From contig JBFMHR010000008.1 of the NCBI GenBank assembly GCA_040751795.1, positions 1 to 17,667 of the forward strand: a DNA stretch of 17,667 nt. Direction: 5' to 3'. Below, piece by piece: positions 1 to 8,808 of the stretch. Under the pieces are notes generated by a model. That model saw nothing but the letters and a program-made list of their open reading frames with translations, was not told the origin of the DNA and ran no database searches. The stretch comes from Thermoplasmatota archaeon. GTDB taxonomy: Archaea > Thermoplasmatota > Thermoplasmata > UBA10834. The position numbers and the translations under genes were made by a program. Position 1 is the stretch's first letter, and every line of letters starts with the position of its first letter.

Positions 1-107
1 TCTCGGAAGGAGGTGAGCCGCACGCTCTCGAAAAGCGCCTCGGCCGGCACGTCGGCGCCGAAGGGGTTCCACTTGAGGCCGTAGAGGGCGTGGATCTTGC
101 GCTTCAT
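1..107 (-). CDS. N-terminus (partial, runs off window) of a probable ExeA-like AAA+ ATPase of the kind found beside DDE transposases
   Basis: Hand translation from ATG at 107 gives MKRKIHALYGLKWNPFGADVPAEALFESVRLTSFR. The YGLKWNPF..P.EAL motif recalls ExeA-family N-termini. RBS-like AAGAGG lies just upstream and codons are GC3-rich. Walker motifs would be outside the window. Confidence 0.65.
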   Translation of the reverse strand, partial: MKRKIHALYGLKWNPFGADVPAEALFESVRLTSFR

Positions 108-122
108 GGGTTCCTCTTGGGT

Positions 123-3100
123 TCGCTAACGGGGCCGCGGTCGGATGACCGCGGAGAGCGCCTTGGCGCGGTTCGAGCGGAGCTGATCCACGACGCTTCA
201 ACGGGGCCGCGGTCGGATGACCGCGGAGAGCCCGACGGACGCGGGAAGAGATCGCGCGCGAGGAGGCGCTTCAACGGGGCCGCGGTCGGATGACCGCGGA
301 GAGTCGTCAGGGAGCCCGACGGAATCCGGGAGTAGGCCCGGCTTCAACGGGGCCGCGGTCGGATGACCGCGGAGAGCGCCCTTGCCGCGGAAAGCGGGTA
401 CGCCTGCGGCCTCGCTTCAACGGGGCCGCGGTCGGATGACCGCGGAGAGGGCGGAAGTGTTCGTCCGCCTCCGCGATCTCGGCGGCGCTTCAACGGGGCC
501 GCGGTCGGATGACCGCGGAGAGACCGTCGCGCCGCCGGTCTCCAGGTGCTCGGTGTCCTCGCTTCAACGGGGCCGCGGTCGGATGACCGCGGAGAGAATC
601 GCCGGAATCCTCTGCCGACTCGCCTAGTGATGGGCTTCAACGGGGCCGCGGTCGGATGACCGCGGAGAGAGGCTTACCGTTGCGGCTCATGCGCGATCCT
701 CGGGTTTGCTTCAACGGGGCCGCGGTCGGATGACCGCGGAGAGCGGCGATGTTCCGTGACGTGCGCGCGCACCCCGCCTAGCTTCAACGGGGCCGCGGTC
801 GGATGACCGCGGAGAGTATGTCGGAGATCGCGCCGAGACGGTCGATCCCGGCCGCGCTTCAACGGGGCCGCGGTCGGATGACCGCGGAGAGGACGCTGGC
901 CTCGATGATCCGCTGTTTTTCGGTCAGGCTTCAACGGGGCCGCGGTCGGATGACCGCGGAGAGGTGTATTCCACCCGTACTCCCGCCGTCACGGCAGGGC
1001 TTCAACGGGGCCGCGGTCGGATGACCGCGGAGAGAACCGTGCGCCGGTCGAGTGTGTGCCCGCGCTGCTTGCTTCAACGGGGCCGCGGTCGGATGACCGC
1101 GGAGAGTTCCTCGTTGGATAGGCAGCGCTTGACCGGAGACAAGCTTCAACGGGGCCGCGGTCGGATGACCGCGGAGAGTAGTGACCCTTCCGGCCGTCGA
1201 AGAGCTGCACGAACCGGCTTCAACGGGGCCGCGGTCGGATGACCGCGGAGAGCTCGGCGCGCCGTCCTCGGCCGAGCTTACCGGCCAGCTTCAACGGGGC
1301 CGCGGTCGGATGACCGCGGAGAGCGGTCTGCCTCGCCTCAAGCAGTTCCGCTTTTCGGAGTGCTTCAACGGGGCCGCGGTCGGATGACCGCGGAGAGCGA
1401 CTGCATACAGCGGAGGTAGCCATCGTCCGTAATGCTTCAACGGGGCCGCGGTCGGATGACCGCGGAGAGCTGGTCGTCCGTCGCTCCTAACTCGGTCTGT
1501 TCTTGGCTTCAACGGGGCCGCGGTCGGATGACCGCGGAGAGGCACCTTCGTCGCACTAGCATTCGGATGCGATTCGGCTTCAACGGGGCCGCGGTCGGAG
1601 GACCGCGGAGAGGCCTTGAGGTCGTCGAGTGCCAGAGCCACCGCACGGGGGCTTCAACGGGGCCGCGGTCGGATGACCGCGGAGAGCCTCTTCAGCTACG
1701 AGCATCTGCGCGATCGACTGTTCGCTTCAACGGGGCCGCGGTCGGATGACCGCGGAGAGGAGGACGGCGATGGTACGAAGACGCTGTTCCAAATGCTTCA
1801 ACGGGGCCGCGGTCGGATGACCGCGGAGAGGCGGAACCCGTGCGACAAGCCTTCACGCGCGAGCCAGCTTCAACGGGGCCGCGGTCGGATGACCGCGGAG
1901 AGGGATCGAGCGCGACGCGCAGATCGACGCAGGAGTGCGCGCTTCAACGGGGCCGCGGTCGGATGACCGCGGAGAGAGGTCGGCGCTCAGCGAAGGGCGC
2001 GTCGGCATCACCTGCTTCAACGGGGCCGCGGTCGGATGACCGCGGAGAGCGAGTCCCTGGTACACCGACGAGATCGCGATGGCTCTGCTTCAACGGGGCC
2101 GCGGTCGGATGACCGCGGAGAGGCTCGCGGCGACCGTCAGGATGAGCCAAGGGGTGCGGCTTCAACGGGGCCGCGGTCGGATGACCGCGGAGAGGGCTGT
2201 CCCTTCGGCGGACATTCCGGCGAACGGGATCGCGCTTCAACGGGGCCGCGGTCGGATGACCGCGGAGAGTTCCCCCGCAGGAAAGGCTGAAACTTGCCTT
2301 CGCCCAGCTTCAACGGGGCCGCGGTCGGATGACCGCGGAGAGGCCTCAGCCTCGACCCCACCGGCGACACGGTGACGCTGCTTCAACGGGGCCGCGGTCG
2401 GATGACCGCGGAGAGGACCCGGCTCGGTACGACCTACACCGTCGAGGCCGGGCTTCAACGGGGCCGCGGTCGGATGACCGCGGAGAGCCGTAACCTCGCG
2501 TGGACCGGCGCCTTTCATGGTCAGGCTTCAACGGGGCCGCGGTCGGATGACCGCGGAGAGTTGGCGCCGGCGCACCATCGCGCCTGCGCGCCCCTATTGC
2601 TTCAACGGGGCCGCGGTCGGATGACCGCGGAGAGGCAGCCTGACCTGATGCCGGAGAACTTCGGCATCGAGCTTCAACGGGGCCGCGGTCGGATGACCGC
2701 GGAGAGACTAGGCCGGCGAGTACAGCGACGAGGAGGGGACGGCTTCAACGGGGCCGCGGTCGGATGACCGCGGAGAGTCGTCGCGGTGACTGTCAGGACG
2801 AGCCAGGGGGTGTGGCTTCAACGGGGCCGCGGTCGGATGACCGCGGAGAGTTCGACTAACCCTTCGACTGACCCGTCGCCCGGGAAGCTTCAACGGGGCC
2901 GCGGTCGGATGACCGCGGAGAGTGCTTGAGGCGAGGCAGACCGGTCGGCCCCGCTTGGCTTCAACGGGGCCGCGGTCGGATGACCGCGGAGAGGCGAGCC
3001 AGGACGCTACTTCGTCGTAGAGCGCTTGAAGCTTCAACGGGGCCGCGGTCGGATGACCGCGGAGAGTTGCCACTGCGCCGCCCGCGTCACGACGAACTGG

Positions 3101-4084
3101 TAGAGCTTCAACGGGGCCGCGGTCGGATGACCGCGGAGAGCTTTGCGCCGCGCACCATCGCGCCTGCGCACCCTTATGCTTCAACGGGGCCGCGGTCGGA
3201 TGACCGCGGAGAGAATCCTGAACTCCTCGACGTCGCCGGCGGACGCACCGGGCTTCAACGGGGCCGCGGTCGGATGACCGCGGAGAGATGCTCGGAGGAG
3301 GCGACGACGATGACGAGTGACGACGCTTCAACGGGGCCGCGGTCGGATGACCGCGGAGAGGAAAACGATCTCGCGCTCTACGTCAACGGATGGACGGCTT
3401 CAACGGGGCCGCGGTCGGATGACCGCGGAGAGCTCGACGCCGGGGAGACTGTCGAGGTAACGCAGGATGCTTCAACGGGGCCGCGGTCGGATGACCGCGG
3501 AGAGAGGGCCAGCCGCTCGGGTCGCTCGGGCTGGAGGGGATCGCTTCAACGGGGCCGCGGTCGGATGACCGCGGAGAGGCCGTGGTCGCCGCCTACCTGC
3601 GCCGCTGGGTCCCCGCTTCAACGGGGCCGCGGTCGGATGACCGCGGAGAGCCCCGCCTGTGCTATCAGACGGCGTACCTGGCGATTCGCTTCAACGGGGC
3701 CGCGGTCGGATGACCGCGGAGAGTTCGACCCCGCGACCGACCCCGACCCTTCGGACCCGCTTCAACGGGGCCGCGGTCGGATGACCGCGGAGAGGAGCAG
3801 CAGCATGTAGGCGCCGTGTTCGGCGAGGTTGCTTCAACGGGGCCGCGGTCGGATGACCGCGGAGAGGTCGGGCGCACGCCCCATGACCCGGAAGTAGCTC
3901 TCGCTTCAACGGGGCCGCGGTCGGATGACCGCGGAGAGCTCCTCCCCGCGGTGCTCGAATCCGCCCTTGCTGCGGAGCTTCAACGGGGCCGCGGTCGGAT
4001 GACCGCGGAGAGCTCGTCGGCTGCAACACCTCCGGCTTCGGGTCTGGCGCTTCAACGGGGCCGCGGTCGGATGACCGCGGAGAG
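123..4084 (-). CRISPR. CRISPR array, 55 repeats and 54 spacers (35-39 nt); repeat on + strand GCTTCAACGGGGCCGCGGTCGGATGACCGCGGAGAG (36 nt)
   Basis: Repeats counted by hand, from 123 (degenerate) and 195 to 4049. The repeat has an 8-bp hairpin CCGCGGTC/GACCGCGG. The minus-strand repeat ends GTTGAAGC, typical of type I-G. A degenerate repeat at the left end and the leader/cas2 at the right end indicate minus-strand transcription. Confidence 0.99.
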
Positions 4085-4293
4085 AGCGGGCAGTCTAACT
4101 GATTCCTGCCAAGCAGCTTGCAGCGCCAGTTGCGAGCGCTGGCCCACCGAGGAGGGGCCGCCGGCCGAGGCGCTCAGGCACGGCGGCGGAAGTCGTGATT
4201 CTGCAAGGGCTTGCACGCGCGAGCGCTCTCCGGGAACTACGGCGGCACAGGAGCGCTCGCAGATGGTGGGCCGAACATCTGGACGTTCCATCA
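4085..4293 (-). promoter_or_regulatory. CRISPR leader
   Basis: Non-coding gap between the cas2 stop (4294) and the nearest repeat (4084). It contains GCGAGCGCT at 4132 and 4219 and the inverted copy at 4252. Confidence 0.85.
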
Positions 4294-4590
4294 CTAGAAG
4301 ACGACCGGGCCATCGTCGGGCTGTTCGATGGGGCGGCCCAGGAACCGGACGCATCCGTCCACCCGGCCACTCGCCGGCCCGAGTTCCACGATCATGATCC
4401 GATCCTTGTCCACCTCGATTATCTCCAGGAGGGCGCCCACCATCAACTCCCTTTCCTTCTCCGAGAGAAGGCAGCGGAACACGGAGTACTGTAGGGCGTC
4501 GCCGTACCCGCGCATCTTGCCGTGAACGTGACGCAGGCGCTTCTTGTCCGCAACGTCGTACGCGACCAGGTAAACCGATCGGCCGCTCAT
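4294..4590 (-). CDS. cas2: CRISPR-associated endonuclease Cas2 (98 aa)
   Basis: C-terminal part of the 359-aa ORF: MSGRSVYLVAYDVADKKRL...LQYSVFRC, containing the YD and QYSVF motifs. The ATG at 4590 overlaps the cas1 TGA (ATGA). Confidence 0.96.
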   Translation of the reverse strand: MSGRSVYLVAYDVADKKRLRHVHGKMRGYGDALQYSVFRCLLSEKERELMVGALLEIIEVDKDRIMIVELGPASGRVDGCVRFLGRPIEQPDDGPVVF

Positions 4591-6278
4591 CGGGTGCGGA
4601 ACCCATCGTAGGAGGGTAGCTCGCCCGTCAAGTGCCGCCCAAGGAGGCGTGTCTCGACCTCCAGAAGGCGGCGGTAGCTCACTTGATACCCAAACGCCGG
4701 ATGCGTGACGAGGTGGTTCATCCGGCGTTCGTACGCGAGAAAGAAGCTGCGCCGGCCCGCCTCGGTAAGCGCCACGCCTGCTCCGCGGCCGACGAAGTCC
4801 TTCTCCTGGACCTCGCCGTTGTTCAGAACCTGGAGCACGACGGAGTCGGCGACCAGCGGTCGGAACTCCTCCATCAGGTCGAGGGCCAGGGCGGGGCGGC
4901 CGAACCGCGGACGATGGTAGAAGCCGAGAAACGGATCGAGTCCGACCGCGAAGAGCGTGACCGTCCAGTCCTTGGTCAGCACCGAATACGCCAGCGAGAG
5001 GAGTGCGTTGATGGGGTCCTTCGGAGGGCGCCGATTGCGGCCTTGGAAGTCGAATCCCTCTCCCAGACCTTCCTTGAGCATCGCCGGAAAGGCCCCGAAG
5101 TACGTTCGCGCGGCCTGGCCCTCGACGCCCAGCAAATGCTCGATGGCATCCGATCGGGCGGCTTCCTCGGCACAACGGGTGAGTTCGGACAAGGCTTGGG
5201 CGGGCACGTCCTGTCCGTTGCGCCTGAGCAGTGTCCGGCAGTTGAGGATCTTGCGGGCGACGAAACCGCGTGCGAGGGCGAGACTTGCATCTGGCCGTCG
5301 GGCCGTCTCGTATTGGTGAACGCGGAGCTCGCAGTTGCGATTGCCGAGCGGGTGGGTGACTCCGTAGAACCACCCGCCGTAGGAGAAGTGACAGACGGGG
5401 ATGCCCCGGCCGAGCAGCGCCGACAGAGCGCCGGCCGTCACGGTGACGTTGCCGAACAGGGCTAGCTGGCTGGTGTCGATCAGGCGAACGCGTCGTTTGC
5501 CGTGGTCGCGTTCCCAGATATCGAGTTCGTCGGCGTCCTTGCCGACGCGGGCTCCCTGGGCTTGCACGTAGACGGGCAGGGCATCATCCCGGACGGGGTA
5601 GAGGCGACGAACCTCCTCCGGGTCGCTTGCCGTGGCGAGCAGGTGGTTCTGTTCGTCCGGTAGGCAGATTCCGACGAGTGAACAGTGCGGGCAGCGAGGG
5701 CTGTCCACCAGGGGAGGAGGTGGGGTCGGAGAGCTGGCCAGCGAGCGAGCCCGACGAGCCACCCCACGGACTTCTTCGATCAGAAGGTCATCGATCTGGA
5801 TCTCCGTGCGCCGCCGAGACCCGCCGTACCAGACGACGGCCCGCGGACAGTGGTAGCCGTTCGCGCGCAGGACGAGGGCCTGCGCACCCAGCTGGATCCG
5901 ATCGGTATCCCAAATCCCCAGGTCGTCCTCTGGAGCACGACCGTGCTTGTAATCGACCGGCACGACCTCGCCGTCAAGAGCCTCCAGCAGATCCATGCGC
6001 GCCACGATTCCCTCGTCGGGAGCGGAGAGCATCACGGCCCGGGCCTTGAAGCCCTCCAGTCCCAGTTCGCCGGGTTCAGGAAGGGTGCCGGACTCGCGAT
6101 CGACGTTGCGGTGGTCGCGCGTGCCCGCCACCGTGTCGGCGCTGTCCTCCCATTCGCGCTGCACCCACTCGAGGTGGAAGAGCCTCGGGCAGTAGACGAG
6201 GGCATTGAGCATGCGGGCCGGGATGAGGTCGGGAACCTCCTCGGACCCGGCCGGGGAAGGGGTTGCGAGCGAGTCCAT
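4587..6278 (-). CDS. cas1: Cas4-Cas1 fusion (about 563 aa)
   Basis: Cas4 part: YCPR, RMDLLE..PVDYKHG (RecB-like), QLGAQ, CPHCSLVGIC (Fe-S cysteines). Cas1 part: LLGVEGQAARTYF, RNRRPPKDPINALLS, GFYH, LALDLMEEFRP. Start placed at ATG 6278 because GAGGGAG precedes it; the ORF track starts at 6338. Confidence 0.96.
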   Translation of the reverse strand: MDSLATPSPAGSEEVPDLIPARMLNALVYCPRLFHLEWVQREWEDSADTVAGTRDHRNVDRESGTLPEPGELGLEGFKARAVMLSAPDEGIVARMDLLEALDGEVVPVDYKHGRAPEDDLGIWDTDRIQLGAQALVLRANGYHCPRAVVWYGGSRRRTEIQIDDLLIEEVRGVARRARSLASSPTPPPPLVDSPRCPHCSLVGICLPDEQNHLLATASDPEEVRRLYPVRDDALPVYVQAQGARVGKDADELDIWERDHGKRRVRLIDTSQLALFGNVTVTAGALSALLGRGIPVCHFSYGGWFYGVTHPLGNRNCELRVHQYETARRPDASLALARGFVARKILNCRTLLRRNGQDVPAQALSELTRCAEEAARSDAIEHLLGVEGQAARTYFGAFPAMLKEGLGEGFDFQGRNRRPPKDPINALLSLAYSVLTKDWTVTLFAVGLDPFLGFYHRPRFGRPALALDLMEEFRPLVADSVVLQVLNNGEVQEKDFVGRGAGVALTEAGRRSFFLAYERRMNHLVTHPAFGYQVSYRRLLEVETRLLGRHLTGELPSYDGFRTR

Positions 6279-6379
6279 CGGGATCTCCCTCATCTTCGGA
6301 CGCCAGTTCCCGAGCTTGAGCGCTCGTCCACGTCCCACCCCTCAAGCATCGAGGGTCGGCCACCACCAGAGGTGGAAAC

Positions 6380-7795
6380 TCAGGCGGGGCGAAACAGCCC
6401 GAGGCCAAAGTGGCAGGCGTAGCCCAGGGCGATAGGACCGCGCACGGGCCTCTCGAAGCGCAGACGAAACCCGAAGGCGGACCCTGTCCGGAGGTTCACA
6501 TCGGGAGGACAGCCCTCCCGGATACGCCGGAAGTGGCGCCAACGCAACGCAGCGGGGCCTCGCGAGGGCTGTTCGAGCACCTCTACGTCCACCAGCGCCG
6601 GAAAGCCGCGTCTGGCGAGCTCGCGCCGCACCTGGTCGATGGGACCGTCGCGGCCATTGCGCTTGGGATGGCGCACCAGGCAAAACGGCGTGGCCGACTC
6701 CCAGATCGTCGAGGTCCCGCAGCATCCAGCATCGCCATTCGCCAGGTCATCCCGCCCGCCGACGTACTGCAGGAGCAGACTCAGGTCGCAACCGCGTCCG
6801 GGACGGAACAGCGTCTGGAATCCACGCAGAGCTTTTAGCTCGTATGGACCGAAGCCCTCTTCGGCGAAGACCGTCAAGTGGTCGATCCGGCCGTCGCCGT
6901 CCTCGTCGGTCGGCAGAAAGAAGGCATGGCGGTGTCCGTCGCCGCGAGGAGATCCATCGCTCCGCCCGGAGAACACGGTCGAGGGTTCGACGGCCCGACT
7001 CATGAGCGCGCGCCGCACGTCCTCGGCCACGTACAGCGTGTAGCGCACGTGGGGAAAAGCCGGGGCGTGGACGGAGAAGCGGGCGAGTGCCGGTCCCTCC
7101 ACATCGTCGGCGCGGGGTCTCCCCGATCGGCGCGGCAGCGGATCGAGGATCCGGGCCGGAAGTGCGTAACGGACCCATCGCGTTCCGGGAGGGATGGCCC
7201 GGCCGGATGAGCGCATCTTGGCGGTATCGAGAAGCAGCGAGGAGAGTTCCGGCCGGCCGTCGGAAGCGAGGAGGCGGATTTCCGTTTCGTCGTCGCTGGG
7301 TAGCTCGGAGTCGAACAGCGGTCGCGCGGAGACGCCCCGCGGCGCTTCGATGAGCGCCAGGTCACACCAGGACTCGGCCCTCCCCAGGTGGCCGGTGCGG
7401 GCCAGGAGGTCCGCCAGCAGATCGCGCTGCCCGGGTGAAAGCTCGGCGTCCTGCCAGATCGCCTGGACCTCGGCCTCCCGTCCGGGGACGGCGAAGGAAT
7501 CAAGGACCAGTGTCGTCGTCTCCTTGCCCTGCTTCCGCCACGGCATGAAATGTCGCGTATGACCCGTACGGGCCGCCGGCAGCCAATAGCGCGGGGGAGC
7601 GGCCAGCTTCTCTAGGAGGTCGCCGAATTCCGCGTCTGCAACGCGAGTCCTCGCGTGACGCAGCCAGGAGGAGGTCAGGGTGCGCAGAATCCTCCAGGGG
7701 GCCGGCGGCCACTCCACCGCCCCCTCGTTGACATGAGCGTCCCAGGGCGTCGCGTGGTAGCGGCCCGTGAGGAAGCGGATGCCGATGGCAATCAT
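6380..7795 (-). CDS. csb2: Type I-G Csb2 (Cas5/Cas6 fusion), 471 aa
   Basis: N-terminal GRYHATPW..EWPPAPWR, HRHAFFLP, and the C-terminal Cas6 glycine loop GPIALGYACHFGLGLF. ATGA overlap with csb1. Confidence 0.94.
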   Translation of the reverse strand: MIAIGIRFLTGRYHATPWDAHVNEGAVEWPPAPWRILRTLTSSWLRHARTRVADAEFGDLLEKLAAPPRYWLPAARTGHTRHFMPWRKQGKETTTLVLDSFAVPGREAEVQAIWQDAELSPGQRDLLADLLARTGHLGRAESWCDLALIEAPRGVSARPLFDSELPSDDETEIRLLASDGRPELSSLLLDTAKMRSSGRAIPPGTRWVRYALPARILDPLPRRSGRPRADDVEGPALARFSVHAPAFPHVRYTLYVAEDVRRALMSRAVEPSTVFSGRSDGSPRGDGHRHAFFLPTDEDGDGRIDHLTVFAEEGFGPYELKALRGFQTLFRPGRGCDLSLLLQYVGGRDDLANGDAGCCGTSTIWESATPFCLVRHPKRNGRDGPIDQVRRELARRGFPALVDVEVLEQPSRGPAALRWRHFRRIREGCPPDVNLRTGSAFGFRLRFERPVRGPIALGYACHFGLGLFRPA

Positions 7796-8808
7796 TCCTC
7801 GTCCTCGGCGTCGTCACCGTCCTCCTCGGCGGGCTTCTTCCGGCGAGCGACCTTGTCCGGCTTCCATGTGAGCTCGGTAACCGGCGGGGAGGCGAAGAGT
7901 CTCTTCTCGGTGCACTTCTCGACCAGTCTGGCCAACTGGTCGCTGAGATCCTGATCGACCGGCATGTGGAACCCGTCGGGACGGGTCACGACCACGTCAC
8001 CTTGAAGCTCCAGATCGCAGGCGGTCCGCAGCCGCAAACCCTCGGACACGAACCGGCGGATCTTGAACAGCGCGAGCGCGATGAGGAACTCCAGGGCCGG
8101 GGAATCCAGGCGGTAGCTGCGCAGCAGGGCGAGGTCAAGGTTGAAGTAGGCGCGGATGTCGGCTGCCACGTACTCGGTGCGGTGGTAGGGGACGTTTCCA
8201 AAGCCCTTCGCGGTGTCCCCGGATGGATCCACGCGGTCGTTCTTGACGCCGCCGCTCTCCGCGACGCGGACGCCGCGGGCCTCGATGAACCCGGACAGGG
8301 CTCGCTTGATGCGGAGGCGGCCTCCCGCGAGCTCCTTCTTGGCCAGGAAGACCCCATGAAGCAGGGAGTTCGGGTCCACCCGGAGCAGGATCGATGCGAG
8401 CTTCTGAAGATCGACCGGAGCGTTGGCCGAGGTGTCCAGCCCTTTGGAGAGCATCTCGAAGACCCGCGTGTCGCTTCCTTCCAGGATGTAGGGCGAGTTG
8501 AGGCGGTGCGCCTCGAGGATCGAGTTGGTCGTGGCCGAACCATCGAGCCGAACGCGCACGAAGGGCATCGACCCCAGGGGAGCGATCGGCCGATCGTTTG
8601 CTTCGTCCCAGATGGCCGTCTCCAGGCGGTTGGCGACCGACTGGGCGGACTCGACGAGAAGCATGGGTGTCCCATCGGGGAGCTGATAGGCACCCGCACC
8701 CAGGTCGGGAAAACCTGTTGGCTGGAAGCGGTGGCCTTGCAACGGCCGGAGAGGAGCCTCGAGGAGAAGTCGGTGAGAGGCGGCCAGGGCTTGGTCGAGG
8801 GTGGTCAT
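7792..8808 (-). CDS. csb1: Type I-G Cas7 backbone subunit Csb1, 338 aa
   Basis: RFQPTGFPDLG, LLVESAQSVANRLE, EAHRLNSPY, DPNSLLHGVF, LRLRTACDL motifs; operon position; ATGA overlap with csx17. Confidence 0.94.
   Translation of the reverse strand: MTTLDQALAASHRLLLEAPLRPLQGHRFQPTGFPDLGAGAYQLPDGTPMLLVESAQSVANRLETAIWDEANDRPIAPLGSMPFVRVRLDGSATTNSILEAHRLNSPYILEGSDTRVFEMLSKGLDTSANAPVDLQKLASILLRVDPNSLLHGVFLAKKELAGGRLRIKRALSGFIEARGVRVAESGGVKNDRVDPSGDTAKGFGNVPYHRTEYVAADIRAYFNLDLALLRSYRLDSPALEFLIALALFKIRRFVSEGLRLRTACDLELQGDVVVTRPDGFHMPVDQDLSDQLARLVEKCTEKRLFASPPVTELTWKPDKVARRKKPAEEDGDDAEDEE

Noticed and set aside
101-110. GCTTCATGGG resembling a further repeat start
   Set aside because: Only 6 nt match, there is no hairpin, the spacing is wrong, and it is explained by the ATG AAG C codons.
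159-194. Terminal spacer as a CAST-like homing spacer for the tRNA att site
   Set aside because: It shares only GGTTCGAG with the T-loop and reads as coding sequence (VVDQLRSNRAKA). I saw no spacer matching this window, although the check was by eye.
231-340. CCCGACGGA shared by spacers 2 and 3
   Set aside because: A 9-nt match in GC-rich DNA is expected by chance.
90-4397. Many ORFs with LQRGRGRMTAE / ASTGPRSDDRGE repeats
   Set aside because: These are translations of the CRISPR repeat, not genes.
4294-5373. 359-aa ORF suggesting an N-terminally extended Cas2
   Set aside because: The extension overlaps cas1 out of frame and looks like GC-rich noise. The ATG at 4590 gives a normal coupled Cas2.
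6296-6310. 15-nt inverted match to csx17 sequence near 9641-9655
   Set aside because: A single match of this length is plausible by chance in 17.7 kb of GC-rich DNA and has no repeat context.
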